Assembly (NCBI GenBank): GCA_964467615.1 | Contig: CAYXRK010000032.1 | Span: 1-32,905 of the forward strand | Direction of reading: 5' to 3' | DNA length: 32,905 nt | From: an uncultured Nitrospirales bacterium | GTDB taxonomy: Bacteria > Hydrogenedentota > Hydrogenedentia > Hydrogenedentales > GCA-2746185 | Shown here: in pieces, positions 1 to 11,006 of the stretch | Numbering within the stretch: position 1 is the first letter of the stretch | Layout of the letters: the number at the start of each line of letters is the position of its first letter | Translations under genes and position numbers: made by a program | Notes under the pieces: generated by a model | Seen by the model: the letters and a program-made list of their open reading frames with translations, nothing else | Told to the model about the DNA's origin: nothing | The model's database searches: none

Positions 1-864
1 ATTTTGCTGGACGAGCGCGAGAAGGCTTCCGATGATCATGGACAAGGCAGCGGTCAGCGCTACGAAGCTGAGAAGCGCTTGGAAGGCAGCGCCATTGCTG
101 AACGCGAAGTAGCGGACGAGGACGGCGAGAACGCCAATCTTGGAGACGGTCGACACGAACGCGGTGACGGGGGCGGGCGCGCCTTCATAGATGTCGGCGG
201 TCCAAAGGTGGAAGGGGGCAAGGGAAAGTTTGAAGCCGACACCGGCGAACAGCATCGCGACGCCGAGAAAGATCACGCGGTTCGCGGTCTGATCCGGGCG
301 CGCGTTGACGAGTGCATCGAACTGCATTGAGCCGAGTTCGCCGTAAATCAGGGCCATTCCGAAGAGCATGAACGCGGCAGATGCGGCAGCGAGGACGATG
401 TATTTGAGCGCGGCTTCGGTGCCGCGCGGGTCGCGCCGGACGTACGCGACGAGTCCGTATTGGGCGACGCTGAGGACTTCGAGCGAGATATAAAACGATG
501 CGAAATGGGTGCTGAGCGCCATCGCGCAACCGCCCGCGATTGCGATGAGCATGAGTACATAGTATTCCTCCGGTTGCGAGTCTTTGTGCGAGAGGTAACG
601 CGGACCCAACACGAGGACCACGATTCCGGCGATGAGCGTCACCGTGACGTAGAAGAGGCCGAAGGTGTCGATGACGAACAGGCCGGTGAGCTGGCGTGGC
701 GCCTCCTCGCCAGCAACAAAGACGAGGCCGAGCGAGAGAACGAGAACGAACAGCGACAGTCCGAGACAGAGGCTGTGCCGCCTGCGTACGGCGATGCACA
801 ACATGATGAGGAGGGGGGCCAACGCCAGCACTTCGAGCGGCGAGCCCGCGTAGAAATCGGCCAT
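1..864 (-). CDS. nuoN: NADH-quinone oxidoreductase subunit N, partial. The C-terminus lies beyond the window start.
   Basis: Minus-strand ATG at 864-862, 2 nt after the nuoM stop (TGA 869-867). It translates as MADFYAGSPLEVLALAP... and is open through position 1 (288 codons). The product is a polytopic membrane protein in the nuoN position of the operon. It is not in the ORF track because there is no stop inside the window. Confidence 0.85.
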   Translation of the reverse strand, partial: MADFYAGSPLEVLALAPLLIMLCIAVRRRHSLCLGLSLFVLVLSLGLVFVAGEEAPRQLTGLFVIDTFGLFYVTVTLIAGIVVLVLGPRYLSHKDSQPEEYYVLMLIAIAGGCAMALSTHFASFYISLEVLSVAQYGLVAYVRRDPRGTEAALKYIVLAAASAAFMLFGMALIYGELGSMQFDALVNARPDQTANRVIFLGVAMLFAGVGFKLSLAPFHLWTADIYEGAPAPVTAFVSTVSKIGVLAVLVRYFAFSNGAAFQALLSFVALTAALSMIIGSLLALVQQN

Positions 865-866
865 GC

Positions 867-2336
867 TCACGGCAGGTCTTTCTGCACATGCGCCGAGGTG
901 ACCGCGGTGCGGGCGGCGTCCAGGATCGGCCGGGGATAAATCCCGATAAAGACCAGCGCGGTAATGAGGAGACCCGAAACCACCAGGACGAGCGCCGGGG
1001 CGTCGCCTTGGGCCGGGTCGCCGGTAGCGGGGCCGTAGAACACGCGTTGCATGACGCGCAAGGAGTAGGCGGCGGAGAGGACGGCCCCCCCCACTCCAAT
1101 TGCGGCAATGACGGGGTACGCTTGGAAAGCGCCGGCGAGGATCATGAACTCGCCGATGAAGTTACCGAGGCCGGGAAGACCGAGCGTTGCCAGAACGAAG
1201 ACGAGCGAGACCCCGCCCAGGCCGGGCGCTCGCCGCCAAAGCCCCCCAAATTTGGAAAGATCGCGCGAGCCCGTGCGTTGCTCGAGCACGCCCGCGATGA
1301 GGAACAGGCCGGTGACGCTAACGCCGTGGGAGATCATCTGGACGAGCGCCCCGCGTTGGCCGAGATCGTTCATCGAGAACGCGCCGAGAACGATGAAGCC
1401 GAGATGGGCCGCACTCGAGTAGGCGATGATGCGCTTCAGATCGTCTTGGGCAAATGCGAGCCACGAGGCGTAGAGGATGGTCACAACACCGAAGACCATC
1501 GCGTAGGGCGCGATCTTGGCGGCTTCGGCGGGGAAGAAGGGTATTGCGAAGCGCAACAGTCCGTATCCAGCGGTCTTGGCCATCAGCGCAGAGAGGAGAA
1601 TGCTCGCCTCGGGGGGCGCGCTGGCGTACGCGGCGGGTTGCCACGAGTGGAACGGGACAATCGGGAGTTTGACGGCGAACGCGATCAAAAAACCGCAAAG
1701 GAACAACATGGAAAAACCAGATTCCGGCGCGGACTCGAGAAGGTCGGCGTAGGCGAAGGATGGTCCGCCGGTCGCGTTGTAGTGCGAAACATACAAGCCC
1801 AAGATGGACACGAGCATCAACAGTCCGCCGGCCTGAGTGAAGATGAAGAAGCGAATGGCGGCGCGTCGGCGATCTTCGTTTCCCCAAATTGCGATGAGGG
1901 CAAAGGCCGGAAGCAGCATGACCTCGAAAAATATAAAGAAAAGCATCAAGTCGGCAGCGAGAAAAACGCCGAGCAGCGAGGAAATCGCGGCCATGAACAG
2001 GAAGATGAAGAACCCTTCGTTCTTTCGCTCGACACCCCAGAAACCGACGAGCGCGGCGAGACCGACGCCGCAGGTGAGCAGCGCCATGAGGAGCGATAGG
2101 CCGTCCATGGCGAGGTGGAAGTTGATCCCGAGCTGCGGAATCCAAGGGACGGTGTATTCGGCGATCCATCGGACACTATCCCCGGCGGCGGAAAGACGGC
2201 CCCACAGCCAGACGAGAAGGAACGTATCCAACGCCAAGGCGGCGCAGGCGGCGTACCGGGGCCAGGCGCGTGCGCGGCCGCCGAGAGCGAGCACGCCTCC
2301 GATGAAAGGAACGATGAGAATCCACGGGAGAATCAT
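867..2336 (-). CDS. nuoM: NADH-quinone oxidoreductase subunit M
   Basis: 489 aa starting MILPWILIVPFIGG..., with ...HSWQPAAYASAPP..., closely resembling E. coli NuoM (MLLPWLILIPFIGG...). The ATG overlaps the nuoL stop (ATGA). Confidence 0.93.
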   Translation of the reverse strand: MILPWILIVPFIGGVLALGGRARAWPRYAACAALALDTFLLVWLWGRLSAAGDSVRWIAEYTVPWIPQLGINFHLAMDGLSLLMALLTCGVGLAALVGFWGVERKNEGFFIFLFMAAISSLLGVFLAADLMLFFIFFEVMLLPAFALIAIWGNEDRRRAAIRFFIFTQAGGLLMLVSILGLYVSHYNATGGPSFAYADLLESAPESGFSMLFLCGFLIAFAVKLPIVPFHSWQPAAYASAPPEASILLSALMAKTAGYGLLRFAIPFFPAEAAKIAPYAMVFGVVTILYASWLAFAQDDLKRIIAYSSAAHLGFIVLGAFSMNDLGQRGALVQMISHGVSVTGLFLIAGVLEQRTGSRDLSKFGGLWRRAPGLGGVSLVFVLATLGLPGLGNFIGEFMILAGAFQAYPVIAAIGVGGAVLSAAYSLRVMQRVFYGPATGDPAQGDAPALVLVVSGLLITALVFIGIYPRPILDAARTAVTSAHVQKDLP

Positions 2337-4219
2337 AGGTAGGCCACCAGATAGATCGCGATGGCCGCGCCGATACCCATGCAGGCCATGTACCAGCGAA
2401 GGCGGCCGTTTTGGGCGAGGCGGAGGAACGTGGCGGAGGCTTCGGTGCCGCGAACGACGGCGCCAACGACGGCGTCAACGATGTCGGTCCGGTTTAGCCG
2501 CGCGCTGATGGTAAACGGCAACACGATAAGGCGCTCGTAAAGCCAATCAAATCCGAGACCCGAGGCGAGCCAGGCGTGCAGTCCTTGGCGCGAGGCCGCG
2601 AAACGATCAAAGGACGCGTTCGGTTTCCCCCAAAGCGCGCTCGCCGATAAGACGCCGAAAATAACCGCGCCGACCGAGAACAACTGCAGGGAGAGTTCCT
2701 TCCCGGCGGAAGTTTCATTGAGCGGGGCGTGCGGGAGCGTGTGTTCCATGAAGGAGGAGAACAGAGTCAGGCCGCCGAGCGTGCGGGGCAGCTCGATGAA
2801 TCCTGCGAACAGCGCGCCTGCGGCGAGGGCGAGCAACGGGCCGTTCATGGCCCATTCCTCGGGCTTGTGGGCGTGCGATTTTTCGTCGCCATAGAACGTG
2901 ATGAAGACCATGCGGAAGCTGTAGAGGGCGGTGATGAACGCGCCGGTTAGTCCGGCGAGCCAGAGGAGAATTCCGCCGCGCTCGGAGGCCCAGACTTCGT
3001 AGAGAATCATGTCTTTGCTGTAGAAGCCGGCGGTGATGAGCGGCAGGGCGCTCAGCGACATCGCGCCGACGAGAAACGTTACGAAGACCAGAGGCATTTG
3101 CCGACGAAGGCCGCCCATCTTGAACATGTCTTGTTCGTGGTGAAGTGCGATGATGACAGCGCCCGCAGCCATGAAGAGCAGCGCCTTGAATATCGCGTGG
3201 ACCATGAAGTGAAACATCGCCGCGCTGTATGCTCCAACGCCGAGCGCGAGGAACATGTAGCCGATTTGGCTGATGGTCGAGTAGGCAAGGACGCGCTTGA
3301 TGTCGCGTTGGGCAAGCGCCGCGCAACCCGCGAGAAGCAGCGTGGCCGCACCAATAATGGCGACCGCATGTTGGGCGAGGGGAGCAACTTCGAAGAGCAC
3401 GTGCATCCGCGCGATGAGGTAGACGCCCGCCGTGACCATGGTGGCGGCGTGGATGAGCGCGCTGACCGGCGTCGGACCGGCCATGGCGTCTGGAAGCCAC
3501 ACTTGCAGCGGCAATTGGCCCGATTTTCCCAACGCGCCTGCGAGAAGTAGGAAGGCGGCGAGCGTGGCGACGCCGGAGCCGCTCGTCCATGTTGCGGGAG
3601 CGCGAGTCAGTATCGTCTCGATGTGTAGTGTGCCGAAGTGCGCGATCAGTAGAAACATTCCGACGGCCATCGCGGCGTCGCCGATGCGTGTGACTAGGAA
3701 CGCCTTCGTGGCGGCACGGCTGTTTTTGGGGTCTTCGTACCAGAAACCGATGAGGAGGTAGCTACAAAGGCCGACGCCCTCCCAGCCGATGAATAGTACG
3801 AACAGGTTGTCGGCCAAAACGAGGAGAAGCATGGCGGCGACGAAGAGGTTCATGTAGGCGAAGAAGCGGGCGTATCCGGCGTCATCGCGCATGTACACGG
3901 TCGAATAGAGATGAATGAGGAAGCCGATGACGGTGACGACGAGGACCATTAGGAGGGACAGCGTGTCGAGGCGCAACGCGGCGGTGACTTCGAGTCCGCC
4001 GACATCGAAGAGCGACCAGAGCGATTGAGTGACGACGTGCCCCTCGGGCGGCGCCGCGAGGAACTGTATCGCCGTGAGTACGGCGACCACGGCGCTGACG
4101 CCGATGCTCCCGACACCAATGCCGGAGATTGCTTGGCGCGAGATGCCACGGCCCCAAAACGTGAGCGCGAGAAAGCCGGCGAGCGGCAGGGCGGGAATTG
4201 TCCAAAGTATCGAAAACAT
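2333..4219 (-). CDS. nuoL: NADH-quinone oxidoreductase subunit L
   Basis: The internal start MFSILWTIPALPLAGF... at the ATG 4219-4217 gives 629 aa. It carries NuoL/Mrp antiporter-like motifs (GWEGVGLCSYLLIGFWY, LQVWLPDAMAGPTPVSALIHAATMV). The 182-aa Arg/Pro-rich extension in track ORF 2333..4765 runs through nuoK and nuoJ in another frame and is rejected. Confidence 0.92.
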   Translation of the reverse strand: MFSILWTIPALPLAGFLALTFWGRGISRQAISGIGVGSIGVSAVVAVLTAIQFLAAPPEGHVVTQSLWSLFDVGGLEVTAALRLDTLSLLMVLVVTVIGFLIHLYSTVYMRDDAGYARFFAYMNLFVAAMLLLVLADNLFVLFIGWEGVGLCSYLLIGFWYEDPKNSRAATKAFLVTRIGDAAMAVGMFLLIAHFGTLHIETILTRAPATWTSGSGVATLAAFLLLAGALGKSGQLPLQVWLPDAMAGPTPVSALIHAATMVTAGVYLIARMHVLFEVAPLAQHAVAIIGAATLLLAGCAALAQRDIKRVLAYSTISQIGYMFLALGVGAYSAAMFHFMVHAIFKALLFMAAGAVIIALHHEQDMFKMGGLRRQMPLVFVTFLVGAMSLSALPLITAGFYSKDMILYEVWASERGGILLWLAGLTGAFITALYSFRMVFITFYGDEKSHAHKPEEWAMNGPLLALAAGALFAGFIELPRTLGGLTLFSSFMEHTLPHAPLNETSAGKELSLQLFSVGAVIFGVLSASALWGKPNASFDRFAASRQGLHAWLASGLGFDWLYERLIVLPFTISARLNRTDIVDAVVGAVVRGTEASATFLRLAQNGRLRWYMACMGIGAAIAIYLVAYL

Positions 4220-4230
4220 CGGGACCCGGT

Positions 4231-4548
4231 TCAGCCCTTCATGGTGCTTGCCGAATCGACATCGAGCGTTTGGAATTGGCGATAGAAGCGCAGGACGAGC
4301 GCAAGCGCCACGGCGACTTCCGCGGCGGCCATCGTGAGGATGATCATGTACATGATTTGGCCGTCGGGCTGTTCCCAGCGCGAACTGGCGACGATGAACG
4401 CAGTGCCCGCCGCATTCAGCATGATTTCGACGCTCATGAGCATGTAGAGGATGTTTCGGCGGACGACGAGTCCAACGAAGCCGAGAACAAATAGCGCGGC
4501 GCTTAGCATCAGGCCGTGCTCGATGGGGACGTTGGCCATCTCGGTCAT
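4231..4548 (-). CDS. nuoK: NADH-quinone oxidoreductase subunit K
   Basis: 105-aa small three-helix membrane protein (…EIMLNAAGTAFIV…) in the operon position expected for nuoK, overlapping the nuoJ stop by 4 nt. Confidence 0.9.
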   Translation of the reverse strand: MTEMANVPIEHGLMLSAALFVLGFVGLVVRRNILYMLMSVEIMLNAAGTAFIVASSRWEQPDGQIMYMIILTMAAAEVAVALALVLRFYRQFQTLDVDSASTMKG

Positions 4549-5060
4549 TTGCGGCCGTCCTTATGGTAGTCCGGCTCGCGGCGTCCGATGTGGTATGCGG
4601 CGACGAGGCCGGCGAGCAACAACAATGACGCGAGTTCGATGATGAGAATGTAAGGCCCGAACAAGGCGAGGCTGACTTCCTTGGGCTCGACGATGCGGTC
4701 GCCGGGGAGCCAGGAGCCGTCGCCTCGAGCGATGAGGACCATCTGGGCAAAGAGGACACCGGCAAGGAGTCCTGGGCCGATCCACGCGCGCCAACTCGCC
4801 AGCGCGCGTTCGTCGAGCGCGGCCTGACCTCCTTGGTTGAGCATCATGATGACGAAGATGAACAAGACCATGATCGCGCCCGCGTAGACGATGGTTTGTA
4901 GCGCGGCGACATAGGGAGCGCCTAGAACGAAAAAAATGACGGAACCGGCGAGCAGTGACGTGATCATGTACAGCAGCGAATGTACCGCGTTAGTGCGCGT
5001 GATTGCGAGCAAGGTCGAGATCACCGCAACGCCGGAGGCTATGTAGAAGACGGAGTTCAT
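4545..5060 (-). CDS. nuoJ: NADH-quinone oxidoreductase subunit J
   Basis: 171-aa membrane protein ([20 protein letters not shown]...) in the operon position expected for nuoJ, overlapping the nuoI stop. Confidence 0.9.
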   Translation of the reverse strand: MNSVFYIASGVAVISTLLAITRTNAVHSLLYMITSLLAGSVIFFVLGAPYVAALQTIVYAGAIMVLFIFVIMMLNQGGQAALDERALASWRAWIGPGLLAGVLFAQMVLIARGDGSWLPGDRIVEPKEVSLALFGPYILIIELASLLLLAGLVAAYHIGRREPDYHKDGRK

Positions 5061-5572
5061 GGTAAGAGGCTATGAACATCGACCGGCGGCGACTCGTTTT
5101 CGGCCTCGCCTTTGCCTTTGTCTTTTATCGCAAGCCCGGCGACGTTGTAAAAGCTGTATCCCGGATACTTGCCGACGCCGCTGATGAGCAGATCCTCTTT
5201 CTCGTAAACCAAGTTCTGGCGGTTGTACTCGCACATCTCGAAATCTGGCGTAAGTTGGATTGCGTACGTCGGGCAAGCCTCCTCGCAGTAGCCGCAAAAG
5301 ATGCAGCGCGAAAAGTTGATGCGGAAGAATTCCGGATAGCGGCGGCCGTAGGGGTCCTCGGTGGCCTGGAGCGCGATGCAATCCACCGGACAGGCCACGG
5401 CGCAAAGATAACAGCCAACGCAGCGCTCGCCGCCATCGGGGTCGCGGGTGAGGACGATTCGCCCGCGCCAGCGCGGCGCGAGCCTGGACCGCTCTTCGGG
5501 ATACTGCACGGTGACGCGCTTGGCGAAGGTGTGCTTGAAGACGACCCACATGCTGCGAAGTTGACTGAACAT
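5057..5572 (-). CDS. nuoI: NADH-quinone oxidoreductase subunit I, a 2x[4Fe-4S] ferredoxin-type subunit
   Basis: 171 aa with two CxxCxxCxxxCP motifs ([12 protein letters not shown] and [12 protein letters not shown]). Confidence 0.93.
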   Translation of the reverse strand: MFSQLRSMWVVFKHTFAKRVTVQYPEERSRLAPRWRGRIVLTRDPDGGERCVGCYLCAVACPVDCIALQATEDPYGRRYPEFFRINFSRCIFCGYCEEACPTYAIQLTPDFEMCEYNRQNLVYEKEDLLISGVGKYPGYSFYNVAGLAIKDKGKGEAENESPPVDVHSLLP

Positions 5573-5581
5573 GCCTGGCCT

Positions 5582-6535
5582 CTAGTTCCGCGCGAGCACT
5601 ACCGCGCCGGTAATCATGAGATTGAGCAACGCAAGCGGCAGCATGAGTTTCCAACCGAAGCCCATGAGTTGATCGTATCGCATGCGCGGAAGCGATGCGC
5701 GAACCAAGATGAAGAGACTGATAAAGAAGAACGTCTTGAGGAAAAACCAAACGAGCGGCGGCAAAAATGGGCCGTTGTACCCGCCGAAGAAAAACGTGAC
5801 GACGAGTGCGGAAATTACGGTGACGGCGACGTATTCGCCGACGAAGAACATGCCGAACTTCATGCCGGAATACTCGGAGTGGAACCCAGCGACCAGTTCG
5901 CTTTCGGCCTCGGGCAAGTCGAACGGAATGCGGTGCGTTTCGGCGATTCCGGCGATCAAAAAGACGACAAATCCGAGAAATTGGGGCACAACGAACCACA
6001 TGTGCTCCTGGGCCGCGACGATGTCCCGTAAGCTGAACGATCCCGCGAGGAGCACGACGCCCATGAGCGAGAGGCCCATGAACACTTCGTAGGCGAGCAT
6101 TTGGGCGGCGGCGCGAAGTCCGCCGAGGAGCGCGTATTTGTTGTTGGACGACCAACCGGCAAGCGCGACGCTGTAGACACCGATGGACGACATCGCGAGA
6201 AAGAAGAGGACGCCGACGTCCAGGTCGACCACGTAGATTGAATCCGCGAGAGGGATGACGGCGAACGACATGAGGGAGGTGGTCATGATGATCACGGGCG
6301 CCAGAACGAAGACCGGTTTGTCGGCGAAGGGCGGAATCCAGTCCTCCTTGAAGAAGATTTTGATTACGTCCGCGACGAGGTGGCCGAGCCCGAAAGGGCC
6401 GATGCGATTGGGGCCGTAGCGGTCTTGCCACAGGGCGAGCAAGCGGCGCTCGTACCAAATGAGGAGCGATGCGGTCGTCATTACCGCGCTGAGGACGAAC
6501 ACGGTGGCCAGGAGGGGTTGCACGAAAGCGGGCAT
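5582..6535 (-). CDS. nuoH: NADH-quinone oxidoreductase subunit H
   Basis: 317-aa membrane protein (…[30 protein letters not shown]…) typical of NuoH/ND1. The ATG overlaps the nuoG stop. Confidence 0.93.
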   Translation of the reverse strand: MPAFVQPLLATVFVLSAVMTTASLLIWYERRLLALWQDRYGPNRIGPFGLGHLVADVIKIFFKEDWIPPFADKPVFVLAPVIIMTTSLMSFAVIPLADSIYVVDLDVGVLFFLAMSSIGVYSVALAGWSSNNKYALLGGLRAAAQMLAYEVFMGLSLMGVVLLAGSFSLRDIVAAQEHMWFVVPQFLGFVVFLIAGIAETHRIPFDLPEAESELVAGFHSEYSGMKFGMFFVGEYVAVTVISALVVTFFFGGYNGPFLPPLVWFFLKTFFFISLFILVRASLPRMRYDQLMGFGWKLMLPLALLNLMITGAVVLARN

Positions 6536-9255
6536 TAGGCGTCCGCCTTTCGCACGGTGGCCGCTGTGCCCGCGCCGATGTAGGGAGCGCCGGGCAACCC
6601 GATCGGAATTCCGACAGTCCCGCGGGCGAGGGCGGCGTTGAGTCTTATTGGCGCTACGAACGTTGCGCCGTCCAACGCCGCGTGCGCGGGCTCGTCTTCA
6701 GCGACATCAAGGGCGGCTGCGTCGTCGGGATGCAGCATGATATACGGTTTCGGTGTCAGTTCGGCGACGGCCGGGGCGAGCGCACTGAGTTCTTCCGAGC
6801 CGAAGACGTGATACAAGGGCGCCACCGCGAACGCACCATTGGGTACAACGTTCGGGCTGGACGCCACGAAATATGGAATGGCCGAGTCCGGCTTCGGCTC
6901 GATCAGTCGAATGCCTTGGTCGCCGCCCTCGAGTGGGCCATTGACCTCTTCTTGAAATCGCGTGACGGCCAGCGCGGAGTTCCATCCGGGGACCCAGAAC
7001 GACGACATCAGCGCCGCGGGCGTCAGCATTTGAAAGCCTTCCATCGAGAAGGACATGGCCGAATCCCGGTCGTCGGCCACGCCGATCTCGCTGACGGCGA
7101 CGTCCGCCTTCATCGCGGTGCGGCCGCTGTACCGGTGCGATTGACGGGGAATTTTTTGACCGCCGACACGAAACTGAGCGGACGGAGCGGTTTCGAGGAT
7201 GCGGATGAAGGCGGGTATTTCCGCGACGAGCGCGTGGAGGAAGATGTCGAGATCGAGCCATTCGTCGCTGCCGCCCCGTCCCGATGCCGCGCGAAGACGG
7301 CGAAGCCAGCGCCAACTCTCCACGATGTCCCCTTCAGGTTTGTAGACCTGAGTAAGACGTTGAGCGCGACCGATATTATTGGAAAGCGTTCCATCGCCCT
7401 CGGCAAAGGTCGCGGCGGGAAGGACTACGTCCGCCTTGCGCGTGGTTTCGTGCTGCGTGTGATCGACGACCACGACGTGCTTCGCCTTGGCGAGCATGTC
7501 GTCGGCGAGCGCGGCGGGCACGCGGCGGTAGAGATCGTTCTCGAGAATGACGAGTACATCAACATCGCCCGCTGCGATTACAGCGGCGGCGTCCTCGATG
7601 GGACGCCCGCCGAATAGTCCCATGCCAATCGTATTGCATTCGTGAGCGTTGTAGTAGACGCCGGAATTCTTCCCCCGCCGGTGTAGCGCCCAGGCGACAT
7701 TGGCGGCGGCCTGAATAACCGCCTCGTTCCGCAACGACGGCCCGGACATGATGAGCGGTTTCTCGGCGGCGAGCAGTGCGTTTGCAATGCGTTGCGCGAG
7801 GGCGAGCGTTTCGGGCGACAGGCCAATGGCCGGAGGCGATTCGGGATCGATCGCATGCGCTACGGCGAACCCCAGCGCGGCTACGTCATCGGGCGCGGCG
7901 CGGTGGGTCTCCGTGGCGATCTCGTCCAGCTTCGTCGCCGCGGGTGTAGAAATAAAGAGAGGCCCGCGCTCGTCTCCGATGGCGCCGCGAACGGCAAGAT
8001 CATTCCAATCGGGGATACCGATCTTGCGCGAGATGGCCTTGGGCTGGTTGCTGACACATCGGCGGACGCTAAGCGCAGTGAGTGGCGCAACGTTCGTCAG
8101 GTCCTCGCCGAGAATGTAGACGGCATCGTAGTCTTTGATCCAACCGAGACCCGGCTGCCGGACGGGGCCTTCGGAGGCGATGTGAATGATCGCCGAGAGA
8201 AGGTCGTTCTCGGCGCGAGCGAGGCCGCTGTAGAAGTTTTCCTTGCCGACGAGAGCGAGTAACGCGAAGTTCGCTTCGAGCGAGGCGCGCGGCGACGCGA
8301 TGCCGATCACCTTCGCGCCATTGCTGCAAAGGCCGCCGAGGTAGGACATGGCCTCGTGGTGCGACATCGGGACGGTGGCCGGCGAATTTGGCTCGGTATG
8401 CCGGCGCAACGCAAACTTGGGGCGGTCCTGACGATTGACGAATTCGTATCCATAGCGCCCGCGATCGCACAGAAAATAACCGTTCACCGCACGGTTGTAG
8501 CGATTGCGAATCCGGCGCAATTGCCCATAGCGTTCGCCGGGCGTGATGTTGCAGCCGAGCGCGCAATGGACGCACACGGAGGGGGCCGTGGTGTAGTCCC
8601 AACGGCGCGTGAAATGGCCTTTGAGCGTCTTGTCGGTGAAGACGCCCGTGGGACACACCTCGACGAGATTGCCGCTGAACTCGCTTTCGAGCACGCCTTC
8701 CTCCTGCCGCCCGAAGTAGACGTGATTGTGACTGGCAAAGGCGTCCAGGTCGTGGCCGCCGGCGACATCTTTGTAGTATCGGACGCAACGGTAACATTGG
8801 ATGCAGCGGTTCATCTCGTGGTTGATGAGCGGCCCGAGATATTGGTTGTTGTATGTTTTTTTCGGGAAACGGTAGTGACGATAATTGTGGCCGGTCATGA
8901 GCGTCATGTCTTGAAGGTGACATTCACCGCCTTCGTCGCAGACGGGGCAATCATGTGGGTGATTGGTCATCATCCACTCGATGACGCTGGCGCGGAAATC
9001 CTTGGACTCGGTGTCGTCGACGGAAATCCGGGTTCCCTCGGCGGCGCTGGTCATGCAGGCCATAACGAGCCGGCCTTGTTTGTCGTTCTCGTCGCGGTAT
9101 TGCTTGACGGCGCACTGTCGGCACGCGCCGACGGAACCGAGCGCGGGGTGCCAGCAGAAGTAGGGCAAGTTCAAACCGAGTTCGATGCACGCCTCGAGCA
9201 AGTTCGCGCCTTCGCGCACCGTTTTGGGCTCACCGTCGATGTAGATAGTCGGCAT
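6535..9255 (-). CDS. nuoG: NADH-quinone oxidoreductase subunit G, the long E. coli-type form with a molybdopterin-like C-terminal extension
   Basis: The internal ATG at 9255 gives 906 aa starting [10 protein letters not shown].... It carries [42 protein letters not shown] and [13 protein letters not shown] and is near-colinear with E. coli NuoG over the N-terminal 300 aa. The 37-aa Arg-rich extension in the track (start at 9366) is rejected. Confidence 0.95.
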   Translation of the reverse strand: MPTIYIDGEPKTVREGANLLEACIELGLNLPYFCWHPALGSVGACRQCAVKQYRDENDKQGRLVMACMTSAAEGTRISVDDTESKDFRASVIEWMMTNHPHDCPVCDEGGECHLQDMTLMTGHNYRHYRFPKKTYNNQYLGPLINHEMNRCIQCYRCVRYYKDVAGGHDLDAFASHNHVYFGRQEEGVLESEFSGNLVEVCPTGVFTDKTLKGHFTRRWDYTTAPSVCVHCALGCNITPGERYGQLRRIRNRYNRAVNGYFLCDRGRYGYEFVNRQDRPKFALRRHTEPNSPATVPMSHHEAMSYLGGLCSNGAKVIGIASPRASLEANFALLALVGKENFYSGLARAENDLLSAIIHIASEGPVRQPGLGWIKDYDAVYILGEDLTNVAPLTALSVRRCVSNQPKAISRKIGIPDWNDLAVRGAIGDERGPLFISTPAATKLDEIATETHRAAPDDVAALGFAVAHAIDPESPPAIGLSPETLALAQRIANALLAAEKPLIMSGPSLRNEAVIQAAANVAWALHRRGKNSGVYYNAHECNTIGMGLFGGRPIEDAAAVIAAGDVDVLVILENDLYRRVPAALADDMLAKAKHVVVVDHTQHETTRKADVVLPAATFAEGDGTLSNNIGRAQRLTQVYKPEGDIVESWRWLRRLRAASGRGGSDEWLDLDIFLHALVAEIPAFIRILETAPSAQFRVGGQKIPRQSHRYSGRTAMKADVAVSEIGVADDRDSAMSFSMEGFQMLTPAALMSSFWVPGWNSALAVTRFQEEVNGPLEGGDQGIRLIEPKPDSAIPYFVASSPNVVPNGAFAVAPLYHVFGSEELSALAPAVAELTPKPYIMLHPDDAAALDVAEDEPAHAALDGATFVAPIRLNAALARGTVGIPIGLPGAPYIGAGTAATVRKADA

Positions 9256-9260
9256 TCTGG

Positions 9261-10535
9261 TCAATTCCACGGACAACGCTTTTCGCGGATGTGCCGGTCG
9301 AAGTCGTCTTTGAATCGGGTTAGCGCACTGCCGACTGGGGCCATCGCGCCTGGGGCGAGCGGACAAAATGTCATGCCGGGACCGAGCAGCTTGACGTGTT
9401 GGCGCATGGTGACGAGGTCTTCATCGCAACCCGAACCCTCCTCGATGGCATCGAGAATTTTTTCGAGCCAAGGCAACCCGTCGCGGCAGGGCGTACACCA
9501 GCCGCAGGATTCGTGGGCGAAGAATTGCGTCAGGTTTCGGATCATACCGACAGGGCAGGTCTCGTCGTCCAACACGATCATCGTTCCGGTCCCCATGCGG
9601 CTTCCCGCCTTGGGCACAGTATCAAAGTCCATTTGCAGTTCGAGGTGCTCGGGGCCGAGGAAATCCGTCGACGCGCCGCCGGGGATTATTCCGCGCAGGG
9701 TGAGGCCGTCACGCATGCCGCCGGCCAGATCGAGAATCTCGCCAACAGTGGTGCCAAGGGGCAATTCCCAAAGGCCGGGACGTTTGACCTTGCCGCTAAC
9801 GCCATAGAGTTTCGTGCCACCGTTGGACGTTTTGCTGAGACCCTTAAACCATGCCGCGCCGTTATTCACGATATGCGGCAAGTTGCACAATGTCTCGACG
9901 TTGTTGACGATGGTCGGCTTGCCCCACAGGCCGCTGATTTGGGGAAACGGCGGCTTGGAGCGCGGGGTGGCGCGCTTGCCTTCGAGGGCGTTTAGCAGCG
10001 CGGTTTCTTCGCCGCAAATGTATCGGCCGATGCTCATGTGCAGGTAGAGTTCGACACCGTACTCGCTGCCGAGGATGTTCTTTCCAAGAAACCCAGCCTC
10101 ATAGGCTTCGTGAATCGCGGTCTCCAGACGTTCCTGTGAGAGATGATATTCGCCGCGCAGGAATATGTAGGCGATGTCGGCCTGGATGGCGTAGGCCGCG
10201 AGGATGACACCCTCGATGAGCGTGTGCGGTGAATCCTCCAGCAACACGCGGTCCTTGAACGTCCCGGGTTCCATCTCGTCAGCGTTGACCACGAGATACT
10301 TCGGATGCGGAGCATCGGGACCAATAGGCACGAGGCCCCATTTGACGCCGGTGGGGAATCCCGCGCCGCCGCGTCCGCGGAGGTTCGAGTCCTTGACGAG
10401 TTGCGTGACCTCGGCGGGCTGCATCGTCTGGATTGCTTTGCGGACGGACGCATAGCCGCCTTGGCGCTCGTACTCCTTGATCGTAGGAGGCGATTCGCCT
10501 GGGCGGATGGATTGTGTCAGCGGACGTTCGGCCAT
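9261..10535 (-). CDS. nuoF: NADH-quinone oxidoreductase subunit F, carrying the NADH, FMN and 4Fe-4S sites
   Basis: The internal start MAERPLTQSIRPG... (ATG 10535-10533) overlaps the nuoE stop as ATGA and gives 424 aa. It has the GRGGAGFPTG nucleotide motif and ESCGWCTPCR cluster motif. The 76-aa Arg-rich extension in the track is rejected. Confidence 0.95.
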   Translation of the reverse strand: MAERPLTQSIRPGESPPTIKEYERQGGYASVRKAIQTMQPAEVTQLVKDSNLRGRGGAGFPTGVKWGLVPIGPDAPHPKYLVVNADEMEPGTFKDRVLLEDSPHTLIEGVILAAYAIQADIAYIFLRGEYHLSQERLETAIHEAYEAGFLGKNILGSEYGVELYLHMSIGRYICGEETALLNALEGKRATPRSKPPFPQISGLWGKPTIVNNVETLCNLPHIVNNGAAWFKGLSKTSNGGTKLYGVSGKVKRPGLWELPLGTTVGEILDLAGGMRDGLTLRGIIPGGASTDFLGPEHLELQMDFDTVPKAGSRMGTGTMIVLDDETCPVGMIRNLTQFFAHESCGWCTPCRDGLPWLEKILDAIEEGSGCDEDLVTMRQHVKLLGPGMTFCPLAPGAMAPVGSALTRFKDDFDRHIREKRCPWN

Positions 10536-10999
10536 CAGGTATACCGCTCGAGAATCGCGTCGAGCCGCGCGAGGTCTACGTCTTGGTGCAGGTCGCCGTC
10601 GATGAGCATTGCGGGCGCGTGATCGCACGTGCCGAGGCACTGATTGGGGAGGACGGTGAAGCGGCCGTCTTTCGTCGTCTCGCCGAGCGCCACGCCAAGT
10701 TTCTTGAGGAGCGCAGCGCGCAGCGCATCGTAGCCCATGACCCAACAGCTCACGCTCGAACAAACGAGAACGACGTGGCGGCCAACGGGACGCCGATGGA
10801 TTAAGTTGAAGAACGTGGCGACGCTATCAAGTTCATGGGTAGTCATGCCGAGAAACTCCGCGATGTCGCGGAGGCTGGCGTTGTCGATCCAGCCGCGTTC
10901 GCGCTGGACGATGCGCAGGGCCTCGGTGCACGCAGCCTGGCGATGCTCCGGCTCGTGGATGTGCGCCGCGATTTCGTCTTGTAAGGCTTGGCTCAACAT
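10535..10999 (-). CDS. nuoE: NADH-quinone oxidoreductase subunit E, a 2Fe-2S thioredoxin-like subunit
   Basis: 154 aa with conserved Cys spacing (CSSVSC…CLGTCDHAP). It sits 7 nt downstream of nuoCD. Confidence 0.92.
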   Translation of the reverse strand: MLSQALQDEIAAHIHEPEHRQAACTEALRIVQRERGWIDNASLRDIAEFLGMTTHELDSVATFFNLIHRRPVGRHVVLVCSSVSCWVMGYDALRAALLKKLGVALGETTKDGRFTVLPNQCLGTCDHAPAMLIDGDLHQDVDLARLDAILERYT

Positions 11000-11006
11000 T
11001 TGTGGG

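Noticed and set aside
185-9807. Many 100-480-aa Arg/Pro/Gly-rich ORFs on both strands across the nuo operon, for example 185..1108-, 888..2099+, 1318..2169-, 5070..6458-, 5072..6031+, 6682..7617+, 8069..8923-, 8356..9807+
   Set aside because: They are out-of-frame or antisense to unambiguous nuo genes. Their amino-acid composition is typical of high-GC shadow ORFs.
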